From an uncultured Rikenellaceae bacterium (GTDB lineage Bacteria; Bacteroidota; Bacteroidia; Bacteroidales; VadinHA17): 64,000 nt of DNA. The notes under the pieces were generated by a model. The model was not told the DNA's origin and searched no databases. It saw only the letters and a program-made list of their open reading frames with translations. This document shows, piece by piece, positions 49,726 through 58,555 of this stretch. A program made the translations under genes and the position numbers. Each line of letters begins with the position of its first letter. Position 1 is the stretch's first letter. Where the stretch lies: NCBI GenBank assembly GCA_964596715.1, contig CAZQVL010000014.1:3571-67570 (forward strand), read 5' to 3'.

Positions 49726-51897
49726 CTATTTTTTCTTTTTTTTGGAAGCTTTATTTTCTTTTTCTTCCATTTCTTCTTTTAAAGCTGCAAGCTGAGTAAT
49801 ATCACCAAGTGTTGTCTTTTCAACATTAATCTTGGCTTTCCTTGATGTTTTCCTTGGAGCATCAGAATCAGATTTCTTAGTTGCTGATTCAACAGCTCTC
49901 TTCTCATCTTCAAAAATCCTGCTGTGAGAAACGATAATTTTTTTAGCCGATTTATTAAATTCAATAACCTTAAATTGCAGTTTCTCATCAACTTTAGCCA
50001 TCAGACCATCTTCTTTAACCAGATGTTTAGGAGTAGCAAAGCCTTCAACTCCATAAGGAAGTGCAATAATTGCTCCCTTGTCGAAAACTTCCATAACTGT
50101 CCCTTCATGAACAGAGTCGACGGTAAACAGACTTTCGAATACATCCCACGGGTTCTCTTCAAGTTGTTTATGGCCAAGGCTTAATCTTCTATTCTCTTTA
50201 TCTATTTCAAGTACTACCACCTCAATTTCCGCGTCAATGGCAGTGAATTCTGCAGGGTGCTTAATCTTTTTTGTCCAGGACAGGTCAGAAATATGTATCA
50301 ATCCGTCAACACCTTCCTCTATTTCAACAAAAACTCCGAAGTTTGTGAAGTTTCTTACTCTTGCAGTATGTTTTGCTCCGACTGCATATTTCTCATCTAT
50401 ATTCTGCCATGGATCGGGTTTAAGCTGTTTAATGCCAAGGGACATTTTCCTTTCGCTTCTGTCGAGAGTAAGAATAACGGCTTCAACTTCATCACCGACA
50501 TTTAAAAATTCCTGGGCACTTCTCAGATGCTGCGACCACGACATTTCTGACACATGGATCAATCCCTCAACACCTGGAGCTATTTCAACAAAAGCTCCAT
50601 AATCGGCCATCACCACAACTTTACCTTTAACCGTATCACCAACTTTCAGATCAGGATCAACTGAATCCCACGGATGGGTTGTGAGCTGTTTAAGTCCAAG
50701 TGCAATCCTTTTCTTGTCGTCATCAAAGTCAAGAATAACTACGTTGAGTTTCTGATCAAGCTGTACTATCTCTTCGGGATGGTTAACTCTTCCCCACGAA
50801 AGATCTGTAATATGAATAAGCCCATCAACACCTCCCAGGTCAATAAAGACTCCATATGAGGTTATATTCTTAACGGTTCCTTCGAGGACCTGCCCTTTTT
50901 CAAGTTTTGCAATTATCTCTTTCTTCTGCAGTTCCAGTTCTGCTTCAATGAGTGCTTTATGAGAAACAACAACATTTTTGAATTCCTGGTTGATCTTTAC
51001 TACTTTAAATTCCATTGTTTTGCCAACGAAAACATCATAATCGCGTATTGGTTTCACGTCGATCTGCGAACCAGGAAGAAATGCTTCAATACCAAAAACA
51101 TCCACAATCATTCCACCTTTGGTCCGGCATTTGATGTATCCCATTATTATTTCATCATTTCCCAGTGCAGTATTTACTCTGTCCCATGAATTGATTGCTC
51201 GGGCCTTCTTATGTGAAAGAAGCAGTTGCCCTTTCTTGTCTTCCTGACTTTCCACATATACCTCAACAGTATCCCCTACTTTAAGATTAGGATTATACCG
51301 GAATTCATTCAGACTCACAACGCCTTCCGATTTGTATCCGATGTTTATTACAACTTCCCGCGAAGTCATTTGAATAACAGTGCCTTTTATTACTTCATCA
51401 ACAGCAATAGTAGATAGTGTTTCATCATAAAGTGCTTCGTATTCTTTGTGTTTTGGAGAAATGCGGAGTTCATCCCGCTCAAAGCTCTCCCAGTCAAAAT
51501 CTTCTGGTGCAGTTACACTTTCTTTCTCGGCTTTGACTTTAGTTTCTTTTATAGTGTCGGTTGCTTGTTCCGGAAGAGATTCCTGTTCTTTCTGGGATTT
51601 CTGTTCCTCAACAGTTACAGGAGTATCCTTTCTTTTTCTGGGTCTGGTTGCTTTTGCAGGTGCCTTTGCTTTCTCAGGTGTTTTCGTCTCCTTTTCATCC
51701 TTGATTTTACGAACGGATTCAGTATCGTCTGATACTTCCCCTGTAAGCTCTTCTGCAATATCTGCTTCTTCTTCCTCTAATTGCTTGACAGATTTCTCTT
51801 TTGCTTCTTTTGCTTTTGTGTTCTTTACAGGCTTTACACTGTCTTCATCTATTTCAACTTTTTCCTTTTTTGTTGATTTTTTCTTGCTTTCAGTCAT
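49726..51897 (-). CDS. rpsA: 30S ribosomal protein S1 with a long K/E-rich N-terminal extension
   Basis: 723 aa. Six S1/OB repeats begin after EDFDWESFE, at about residue 130. Lys/Glu-rich tails at both ends. Confidence 0.92.
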   Translation of the reverse strand: MTESKKKSTKKEKVEIDEDSVKPVKNTKAKEAKEKSVKQLEEEEADIAEELTGEVSDDTESVRKIKDEKETKTPEKAKAPAKATRPRKRKDTPVTVEEQKSQKEQESLPEQATDTIKETKVKAEKESVTAPEDFDWESFERDELRISPKHKEYEALYDETLSTIAVDEVIKGTVIQMTSREVVINIGYKSEGVVSLNEFRYNPNLKVGDTVEVYVESQEDKKGQLLLSHKKARAINSWDRVNTALGNDEIIMGYIKCRTKGGMIVDVFGIEAFLPGSQIDVKPIRDYDVFVGKTMEFKVVKINQEFKNVVVSHKALIEAELELQKKEIIAKLEKGQVLEGTVKNITSYGVFIDLGGVDGLIHITDLSWGRVNHPEEIVQLDQKLNVVILDFDDDKKRIALGLKQLTTHPWDSVDPDLKVGDTVKGKVVVMADYGAFVEIAPGVEGLIHVSEMSWSQHLRSAQEFLNVGDEVEAVILTLDRSERKMSLGIKQLKPDPWQNIDEKYAVGAKHTARVRNFTNFGVFVEIEEGVDGLIHISDLSWTKKIKHPAEFTAIDAEIEVVVLEIDKENRRLSLGHKQLEENPWDVFESLFTVDSVHEGTVMEVFDKGAIIALPYGVEGFATPKHLVKEDGLMAKVDEKLQFKVIEFNKSAKKIIVSHSRIFEDEKRAVESATKKSDSDAPRKTSRKAKINVEKTTLGDITQLAALKEEMEEKENKASKKKKK

Positions 51898-51960
51898 AAT
51901 TTGTTTATAAAAGAACTAAAAATTAATAAGTTAGACATTATTTTGATAAAAAATTGGTTG

Positions 51961-51968
51961 CAAAGATA
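51961..51968 (-). promoter_or_regulatory. candidate -7 promoter box TAtcTTTG for rpsA
   Basis: Exact TAnnTTTG on the minus strand, 64 nt upstream of the ATG at 51897. Confidence 0.5.
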
Positions 51969-52057
51969 TGTGTTTTTTTATGAATTATCACAATCTAATT
52001 TAAGATTTTCACGATGTTACAAATACACAAGCTGGGTAAGTAACAGGCCGTGAGTAT

Positions 52058-52181
52058 CGGGCGTCAGGCATCAGGCATCAGGCATCAGGCATCAGGCGTC
52101 AGGTGACAGGCATCAGGCATCAGGCGACAGGAATCCGTAGCCAGTCGCCTGTAGCCTGCAGCCTGCAGCCCGTAGCCTGCC
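52058..52181. repeat. heptad-periodic GC-rich hairpin element (CAGGCNN x10 then CCTGNNN x5-6)
   Basis: The left arm is a tandem run of cgggcgt/caggcat/caggcgt/caggtga/caggcga units. The right arm is cctgtag/cctgcag/cccgtag units. 52093-52131 pairs with 52141-52179 as 5-bp helices separated by 2x2 mismatches. Confidence 0.9.
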
Positions 52182-52207
52182 ATGTTTTCAAAATTCACTT
52201 GTTATAT

Positions 52208-52215
52208 TATCTTTG
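52208..52215 (+). promoter_or_regulatory. candidate -7 promoter box TAtcTTTG for ugd
   Basis: Exact TAnnTTTG 39 nt upstream of the ATG at 52254, downstream of the hairpin element. Confidence 0.5.
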
Positions 52216-52253
52216 TACGATTACGATTATAGTTATCAAAAAAATCACATTCC

Positions 52254-53570
52254 ATGAAGATTGCAGTTGTTGGAACAGGATATGTCGGACTGGTGACAGG
52301 AACCTGCTTTGCTGAAACCGGTGTCAATGTGATATGCATCGATATTGATTCTGAAAAAGTACGACAGCTGAATGATGGTTCTGTTACTCTCTACGAGCCG
52401 GGACTTGATGATATGATTAAAAGGAACATGACTAAAGAAAGGCTGCATTTTACAACAGAGATCAAGGATGGCATTGAAGGTTCAGATGCACTCTTTATAG
52501 CTGTTGGTACCCCCCCCGGGGAAGATGGAAGAGCTGATCTGCAGCATGTTTTAAGGGTAGCCCGAGAAATTGGGAAGGCAATTAATGAATATATTGTGGT
52601 TGTTATAAAGAGTACAGTTCCTGTTGGCACCTCGGAACAAGTAAAGAAAGTCATACAGGAAGAGCTTGAAAAACGTGTGCTTGATATACCTTTCGATATG
52701 TCGTCCAACCCAGAATTTCTCAAGGAAGGTTCTGCAATTGAAGACTTCCTTAAACCCGAAAGGATTGTCATTGGTACCAATACTGAAAGAGCAGCAGAAA
52801 TAATGAGGAAACTATATAAACCTTTTCTTCTCAATAACCATCCTATTTACTTTATGGATATTGCTTCTGCCGAGATGACAAAGTACACAGCTAATGCGAT
52901 GCTTGCCACAAGAATAAGTTTTATTAACGAAATTGCCAATCTATGCGACATTCTCGGAGCTGATATCAATCAGGTAAGGAAAGGTATTGGCAGCGATTCC
53001 AGAATAGGTAATAAGTTTCTTTATCCGGGAACAGGTTATGGTGGGTCATGCTTTCCTAAAGATGTCAAGGCCCTTATTAAAACTGCGGAAGATAACGGTT
53101 ATGAGCTTAATGTTGTAAAAGCTGTTGAAAAAGCCAATGATTATCAGAAGAAAGTACTCTTCAGAAAAATAAAGAAACATTTTAACAATGACCTGACAAA
53201 TAAAACCATATGCATCTGGGGACTCGCGTTCAAACCAAAGACCGACGATATAAGAGAGGCATCGGCTATTACTTTAATAGAGATGCTGCTTAAAGAAGGT
53301 ACCAGAATAAAGGCATATGATCCTGGTGCCATGGATGAAACAAGGAAGCTCCTTGGGGAAAAGATAATATATGCAACCGATCAGTATGAAGCTCTCAAAA
53401 ATGCTGATGCTATGGTTTTAATGACTGAATGGGCCGAATTTCGCATTCCAGATATGGATAAAATGAAAGAGCTTATGAAACAAAAGATAATCTTTGATGG
53501 CAGGAACATTTATGATCCGTCAGAGATCAGAAAATATGGATTTGTCTATTTTGGAATCGGAAGAAGATAG
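52254..53570 (+). CDS. ugd: UDP-glucose 6-dehydrogenase
   Basis: 438 aa. MKIAVVGTGYVGLV Rossmann motif and the GGSCFPKD catalytic-Cys motif. Confidence 0.92.
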   Translation: MKIAVVGTGYVGLVTGTCFAETGVNVICIDIDSEKVRQLNDGSVTLYEPGLDDMIKRNMTKERLHFTTEIKDGIEGSDALFIAVGTPPGEDGRADLQHVLRVAREIGKAINEYIVVVIKSTVPVGTSEQVKKVIQEELEKRVLDIPFDMSSNPEFLKEGSAIEDFLKPERIVIGTNTERAAEIMRKLYKPFLLNNHPIYFMDIASAEMTKYTANAMLATRISFINEIANLCDILGADINQVRKGIGSDSRIGNKFLYPGTGYGGSCFPKDVKALIKTAEDNGYELNVVKAVEKANDYQKKVLFRKIKKHFNNDLTNKTICIWGLAFKPKTDDIREASAITLIEMLLKEGTRIKAYDPGAMDETRKLLGEKIIYATDQYEALKNADAMVLMTEWAEFRIPDMDKMKELMKQKIIFDGRNIYDPSEIRKYGFVYFGIGRR

Positions 53571-53637
53571 GCTACGGGCTACGGGCTTCATAAGTAAGAA
53601 ACAACCTGCCGCCTGAAGCCTGTCACCTGAAGCCTGG
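53568..53637. repeat. second heptad-periodic hairpin element (GCTACGG x2-3 / CCTGNNN x4-5), probably the ugd terminator
   Basis: An imperfect long stem pairs 53568-53590 with 53614-53636. The ugd stop codon sits in the stem base and TTTT follows. Same CCTGNNN unit family as 52141-52181. Confidence 0.8.
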
Positions 53638-53691
53638 TTTTCAATTAATACAGAATAACTATTTTTACAATCTGCAACTGAATTATCAAAT

Positions 53692-54558
53692 ATGAAAGGA
53701 ATAATATTAGCAGGTGGTGCAGGTACCAGGCTTTATCCAATAACCAGTTCCATTTCAAAACAGATGTTACCCGTTTATGACAAACCAATGATATACTATC
53801 CTTTGTCTGTTTTATTACTGGCTGGTATCAGGGATATTCTTGTGATCTCAACCCCACGTGATCTGCCGGGATTTATGAATCTTCTCGGAGACGGGTCTTC
53901 ACTGGGTATAAAATTCAGCTATATCGAACAACCGTCACCTGATGGCCTTGCTCAGGCTTTTATCCTTGGCGAAAAGTTTATTGAGACAGATCCTGTATGT
54001 ATGATACTTGGAGATAATATTTTTTATGGTCATGGTTTTGGAGACACACTTCTAAACGTCGCAAAACTGACAAAAGGAGCCTGTGTGTTTGGTTATTATG
54101 TAACTGATCCTGAGCGTTATGGGGTGGTTGAATTTGACAGTAATAAAAAAGTGGTAAGCATCGAGGAAAAACCATTAAAACCCAGATCCAGCTATGCTGT
54201 TACGGGACTCTATTTTTATGATAACACTGTTGTGAAAAAAGCAAAATCACTTAAACCATCTAAGCGTGGTGAGCTGGAAATCACCGATCTTAACCACTTA
54301 TACCTCAATGAGGGCACTCTTGAAGTCAGACTGATGGGAAGAGGGATGGCCTGGCTTGACACAGGCACTTATGAAAGCCTCCTTCAGGCATCAAATTTTA
54401 TCGCCACACTGGAACAAAGGCAAGGTCTTAAAGCTTCCTGCATTGAGGAGATTGCATTCAAAAGAGGATTCATCGACAGGAATCAGTTAATTGCTCTTGC
54501 CGAACCTGTTAAGAATAGCCAGTATGGTAAATACCTGCTGAGAATTGCATTGGAATAA
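53692..54558 (+). CDS. rfbA: glucose-1-phosphate thymidylyltransferase
   Basis: 288 aa. [18 protein letters not shown] and the family-wide conserved blocks. Confidence 0.95.
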   Translation: MKGIILAGGAGTRLYPITSSISKQMLPVYDKPMIYYPLSVLLLAGIRDILVISTPRDLPGFMNLLGDGSSLGIKFSYIEQPSPDGLAQAFILGEKFIETDPVCMILGDNIFYGHGFGDTLLNVAKLTKGACVFGYYVTDPERYGVVEFDSNKKVVSIEEKPLKPRSSYAVTGLYFYDNTVVKKAKSLKPSKRGELEITDLNHLYLNEGTLEVRLMGRGMAWLDTGTYESLLQASNFIATLEQRQGLKASCIEEIAFKRGFIDRNQLIALAEPVKNSQYGKYLLRIALE

Positions 54559-54598
54559 ATAAATATACTCGAAGGTTTAAAGTGAATAACATCACAAA

Positions 54599-55147
54599 AT
54601 GAAAACTATTGAAACAGGTTTTGAGGGTCTGGTTATAATTAAACCTGATATATACTCTGATAACAGAGGCTATTTCTTTGAATCATTTAATTATGAGTCA
54701 TTTAAAAGTGTCGGAATATCATTTTCCCCGGTTCAGGACAATGAATCAAAATCCTCAAAAGGTGTAATAAGAGGATTGCATTATCAGTTAAAACCTTTCG
54801 ATCAGGCAAAGCTTATAAGAGTGATTGAAGGAAAAATCTTTGATGTGGCGCTTGATCTCCGCAAAGGCTTAAGCACTTTTGGAAAATGGTATGGAATAGA
54901 GCTTGATTCTGAAGCTAAGAATCAACTTTTTATACCCAAAGGGTTTGCACATGGCTTCTCTGTTCTAAGTGAAAAAGCTATCATATTGTACAAATGTGAT
55001 AATCTCTACAATCCAAATTATGAAAGGGGAATAGCATTAAATGACCCTTATCTTGATATAGACTGGAGAACCGGAGCAGTAGTCCCGATTATAAGTGTTA
55101 AAGATTCAAAGAATCCGCCCTTCAGGGAAGCTGAGTATAACTTTTAA
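54599..55147 (+). CDS. rfbC: dTDP-4-dehydrorhamnose 3,5-epimerase
   Basis: 182 aa. D.RG.F.E, RGLHYQ and GFAHGF motifs. Confidence 0.93.
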   Translation: MKTIETGFEGLVIIKPDIYSDNRGYFFESFNYESFKSVGISFSPVQDNESKSSKGVIRGLHYQLKPFDQAKLIRVIEGKIFDVALDLRKGLSTFGKWYGIELDSEAKNQLFIPKGFAHGFSVLSEKAIILYKCDNLYNPNYERGIALNDPYLDIDWRTGAVVPIISVKDSKNPPFREAEYNF

Positions 55148-55167
55148 ATAATATCAAACGGTTGATT

Positions 55168-56034
55168 ATGGCGACAATAATAGTTACAGGTTCATCAGGT
55201 CAGCTTGGGAATGAGCTAAAGATCGTTTACCGGGACTTTCCTGGTTATGATTTTGTATTCACTGATATAGAAACACTTGATATAACCAGCAAAGAACAGG
55301 TCAACCATCTTATTTCAGAAATAAGACCCGACTGGATTATCAACTGCGCAGCCTATAACTCTGTAGATAAAGCTGAAAACGAATATGATAAAGCTCTGAT
55401 GATCAATGGCACTGCTGTTAAAAATATTACAGATGTAATTAACGGGTCGCATTGTAAATTTGTCCATATCTCTTCCGATTATGTTTTTGACGGGAAATCA
55501 AATATTCCATATAATGAAGATTCATTGCCAAATCCACTGTCAGCTTACGGAAGATCAAAGTTTGAAGGAGAAAAATATGCTTTCTCCCACTCCAGCTCAA
55601 TAATTATCAGAACATCCTGGCTATATTCATCATTCGGTAATAATTTCGTGAAGACGATAATCAAAAAGGCCGGAGAGAAAGAATCTATAAGTGTGGTCTT
55701 TGACCAGATCGGCACACCAACTTATGCAGCTGATCTTGCAGAAACCATTGTAAAAATAGTATCCGGAGTTATCAGAAATCAAACAGCTTTTAATCCGGGT
55801 ATTTATAACTATTCGAACGAAGGAGTATGCAGCTGGTTTGATTTTGCAACTGAAATTGTTAATGAAACAGGACTGAGTTGCAGGGTGGATCCTGTTCTTT
55901 CCAGGGATTATCATTCAGCAGCTCAGAGACCTTCTTATTCTGTACTGGATAAATCCAAGATTAAAGAAAATTTCAACATAACAATACCACATTGGAGAAC
56001 CAGTTTGAAACGGTGCATTAGGCTATTAAGCTAA
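55168..56034 (+). CDS. rfbD: dTDP-4-dehydrorhamnose reductase
   Basis: IIVTGSSGQLG and YGRSK motifs. The ORF track starts at TTG 55162; ATG 55168 is the likelier start. Confidence 0.9.
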   Translation: MATIIVTGSSGQLGNELKIVYRDFPGYDFVFTDIETLDITSKEQVNHLISEIRPDWIINCAAYNSVDKAENEYDKALMINGTAVKNITDVINGSHCKFVHISSDYVFDGKSNIPYNEDSLPNPLSAYGRSKFEGEKYAFSHSSSIIIRTSWLYSSFGNNFVKTIIKKAGEKESISVVFDQIGTPTYAADLAETIVKIVSGVIRNQTAFNPGIYNYSNEGVCSWFDFATEIVNETGLSCRVDPVLSRDYHSAAQRPSYSVLDKSKIKENFNITIPHWRTSLKRCIRLLS

Positions 56035-56045
56035 TCATTAATAAT

Positions 56046-57779
56046 ATGTTACAGATAAATGATATAAAAAGCAAAGCTAAAAAGTGGCTTGGAAATGAAT
56101 TTAATGAAGAGACCCGGAGAGAGGTCAGGGATATGCTCGAAAAAGATGAGAAGAAACTTATTGATGCATTCTATCAGGATATGGAATTCGGTACAGGTGG
56201 TCTCAGGGGTATCATGGGTGCCGGCACAAACAGGATGAATATTTATACCCTGGGGATGGCAACACAGGGTTTGTCGAATTATCTGATCAAGCAATTTGGC
56301 CGGAAAGGTATAAAGGTAGCTGTTGCTCATGATTGCAGGAATAACAGTCGTTACTTTGCCGAAACAACTGCCAATATCTTCTCAGCCAACGGATTTGATG
56401 TCTACCTGTTCGAATCACTTCGCCCAACTCCTGAACTTTCATTCGCTATAAGATATTATAATTGTCATAGCGGTGTAGTTATAACTGCATCCCATAATCC
56501 TCCCGAATACAATGGTTACAAAGCCTACTGGGATGATGGGGGTCAGGTTGTGGCTCCACATGATACAGGAATAATTGAAGAGGTAAGGAAGATCAGATCA
56601 GTCAGTGAGATCAGGTTTAACGGAAATAAGGATAAAATCAAACTTATCGGAAAGGAGACAGATGACCTTTTCCTTAAGGAGGTGCTGAGGATGAGTCTCA
56701 ATCCTGAAATTATTAAAAAATATAGCAATATCGGTATAGTCTATACTCCTATTCATGGAACCGGAGGGAAGATCGTACCTGCAGCACTGAAAATGTTTGG
56801 TTTCACAAATGTTATAAATGTTCCTGAGCAGGATAATCCCGATGGTAATTTTCCTACAGTAAAATCGCCTAATCCTGAGGAACCAGATGCATTAAAGATG
56901 GCTATTATGAAAGCTGTTGAAGAGGGTGCTGAACTGGTCATGGCAACAGATCCTGATGCCGACAGGTTGGGGATTGCAGTAAAAAATAAAAATGGGGAGT
57001 TTGTTCTTCTTAACGGAAACCAGACAGGAGTAATACTGATATACTATATCCTGTCACAATATAAAGAAACAAATAAATACAGAGGGAACGAGTACATTAT
57101 CAAAACGATAGTAACATCAGATCTTCTTGCCAAAATAGCTGACAACTACAATGTTGAATGCTTCAATGTTCTCACCGGTTTCAAGTTTTTTGCCGAGCTT
57201 ATGAGAATCCTTGAGGGAAAAATGAAATTTATAGGTGGAGGTGAAGAGAGTTATGGTTTTCTTCCCGGCGATTATGTAAGGGATAAAGATGCAATTGCTT
57301 CTTGTGCTCTTGTTGCCGAAACGGCTGCCTGGGCAAAAAGCAAAGGAATGAGCCTTTATGAAATGCTTATTGATATTTATGTGAAGTTTGGTTTTTACAA
57401 GGAAAAACTGATCAATATAGTCTGTAAAGGTAAAGAAGGAGCTGACGAGATCAGGGCTATGATGCAGGATTACAGAACAGATCCTCCTGCTTCTATTAAT
57501 AACAGCAGGGTCGTCAGAATAGATGATTATGAACAGCTTATATCATACGACAAAATAAACGGAACAAGCAGTAAAATCGATTTGACAAGGTCTGATGTTC
57601 TCCAGCTCTTCCTTGAGGATGGAACAAAGATATCAGTCAGGCCTTCAGGTACAGAACCAAAGATTAAGTTTTATTTCAGCGTAAATACAAAACTTGAATC
57701 AGCAGATAAATTCGAAGAAACAGAAAAACTCCTCGATCAGAGAATTGCAGGAATAATAAATGATATGAAACTGGTTTAA
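56046..57779 (+). CDS. phospho-sugar mutase (phosphoglucomutase/phosphomannomutase family)
   Basis: 577 aa. TASHNPPEYNGYK active-site loop and DPDADR metal-binding loop. Confidence 0.9.
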   Translation: MLQINDIKSKAKKWLGNEFNEETRREVRDMLEKDEKKLIDAFYQDMEFGTGGLRGIMGAGTNRMNIYTLGMATQGLSNYLIKQFGRKGIKVAVAHDCRNNSRYFAETTANIFSANGFDVYLFESLRPTPELSFAIRYYNCHSGVVITASHNPPEYNGYKAYWDDGGQVVAPHDTGIIEEVRKIRSVSEIRFNGNKDKIKLIGKETDDLFLKEVLRMSLNPEIIKKYSNIGIVYTPIHGTGGKIVPAALKMFGFTNVINVPEQDNPDGNFPTVKSPNPEEPDALKMAIMKAVEEGAELVMATDPDADRLGIAVKNKNGEFVLLNGNQTGVILIYYILSQYKETNKYRGNEYIIKTIVTSDLLAKIADNYNVECFNVLTGFKFFAELMRILEGKMKFIGGGEESYGFLPGDYVRDKDAIASCALVAETAAWAKSKGMSLYEMLIDIYVKFGFYKEKLINIVCKGKEGADEIRAMMQDYRTDPPASINNSRVVRIDDYEQLISYDKINGTSSKIDLTRSDVLQLFLEDGTKISVRPSGTEPKIKFYFSVNTKLESADKFEETEKLLDQRIAGIINDMKLV

Positions 57780-57786
57780 AACAGTT

Positions 57787-57868
57787 TTACCACGGAGTAA
57801 TACACTGAGCAACACGGAGTTCTAAACAGTGAGACTCCGTGTAAATCTGCGTGTTACCCTGTGGTTAA
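57787..57868. repeat. long segmented hairpin with three CACNGAG boxes and three complementary boxes; probable terminator
   Basis: Perfect 9-bp stem acacggagt (57812-57820) / actccgtgt (57834-57842). Outer stem ttaccacgg / cctgtggttaa. Boxes cacggag, cactgag, cacggag face ctccgtg, ctgcgtg, cctgtgg. Confidence 0.75.
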
Positions 57869-57890
57869 AGGACTTATAAAACTTAAATTC

Positions 57891-58307
57891 ATGAAATCAT
57901 ACAAAAAAGAACTCTGGTTTGAAACCTCCACCCGCAGGGCATTCCTGAACATTACAGGACAAGTGGAAAACTGTCTTTCAGAAAGCGGTATTCAGGAAGG
58001 ACTGGTACTCGTTAATGCCATGCACATAACAGCCAGTGTATTTATTAATGATGATGAATCCGGACTTCATCATGATTTTGAAGTGTGGCTCGAGAAGCTG
58101 GCCCCTGAAAAACCTTACAGCCAATACAGGCACAATAGCTTTGAAGACAATGCAGATGCTCATATCAAAAGAACGTTAATGGGCAGAGAGGTTGTTGTTG
58201 CAGTCACCGGTGGCCGGCTCGACTTCGGACCGTGGGAACAGATCTTCTATGGCGAATTTGACGGAAAGCGACGAAAACGGGTGCTGGTTAAAATTATTGG
58301 AGAGTAA
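57891..58307 (+). CDS. yjbQ: YjbQ/UPF0047 family protein (secondary thiamine-phosphate synthase-like)
   Basis: [23 protein letters not shown] and HIKRTLMG motifs. ATG 57891 is preferred over GTG 57861, which lies inside the upstream hairpin. Confidence 0.8.
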   Translation: MKSYKKELWFETSTRRAFLNITGQVENCLSESGIQEGLVLVNAMHITASVFINDDESGLHHDFEVWLEKLAPEKPYSQYRHNSFEDNADAHIKRTLMGREVVVAVTGGRLDFGPWEQIFYGEFDGKRRKRVLVKIIGE

Positions 58308-58469
58308 CCGGTTTTAAATTTTGAAACTTATCGGATCAGAAGAATATAGAGCTATTCGGATTTCGCAAGTACACAAATGATCCTGATCTGGAATTACATA
58401 CATTGATGTTAATTGTTGTCTCTTTGGAACCATTAGTAAAATAAAACTCTGCAAATCATTTAGTTTTAT

Positions 58470-58477
58470 TAAATTTG
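58470..58477 (+). promoter_or_regulatory. candidate -7 promoter box TAaaTTTG
   Basis: Exact TAnnTTTG upstream of the beta-propeller gene: 43 nt from ATG 58520 and 79 nt from ATG 58556. Confidence 0.4.
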
Positions 58478-58555
58478 ATAAAGTCATAAGTAACTATATA
58501 TTCTTTTTCAGAAAATGAAATGAAACCTGTTTTCCTCTTGAAATTTAATAAGGTC

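Noticed and set aside
51446-51910. Long antisense or alternative-frame ORFs inside large genes, for example 51446..51910 and 51448..51732 opposite rpsA, 37031..38965 opposite clpB, 36249..36674 opposite Hpt/STAS, 8579..8980 inside the PQQ gene, and 52391..52834 opposite ugd.
   Set aside because: Each is fully embedded in a confidently identified gene. Their compositions are Ser/Phe/Leu-rich or Cys-rich, typical of reverse-frame translation, and none has a recognisable motif. They are artefacts of long open frames opposite codon-biased genes.
52058-52181. The repeat array upstream of ugd, considered as a CRISPR array.
   Set aside because: The period is 7 nt with no spacers, the two halves are self-complementary, and there are no cas genes. 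It is not CRISPR.
53692-56034. The dTDP-rhamnose cluster lacks rfbB (dTDP-glucose 4,6-dehydratase). rfbA, rfbC and rfbD are followed by a phospho-sugar mutase instead.
   Set aside because: rfbB is frequently encoded elsewhere in Bacteroidota genomes. Its absence from a 64-kb window is not evidence of an unusual pathway.
57780-57890. A TPP riboswitch upstream of yjbQ (a thiamine-phosphate-synthase-like gene). I also considered a c-di-AMP (ydaO-type) riboswitch reading for the element next to cdaA (9846-10025).
   Set aside because: The yjbQ spacer lacks the CUGAGA...ACCUGAUCUGGAUAAUGCCAGCG core and folds instead as a symmetric box hairpin. The cdaA-adjacent element lies downstream of cdaA, not in a 5' leader, and I could not see the ydaO consensus. 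Neither reading can be excluded without a covariance-model search.
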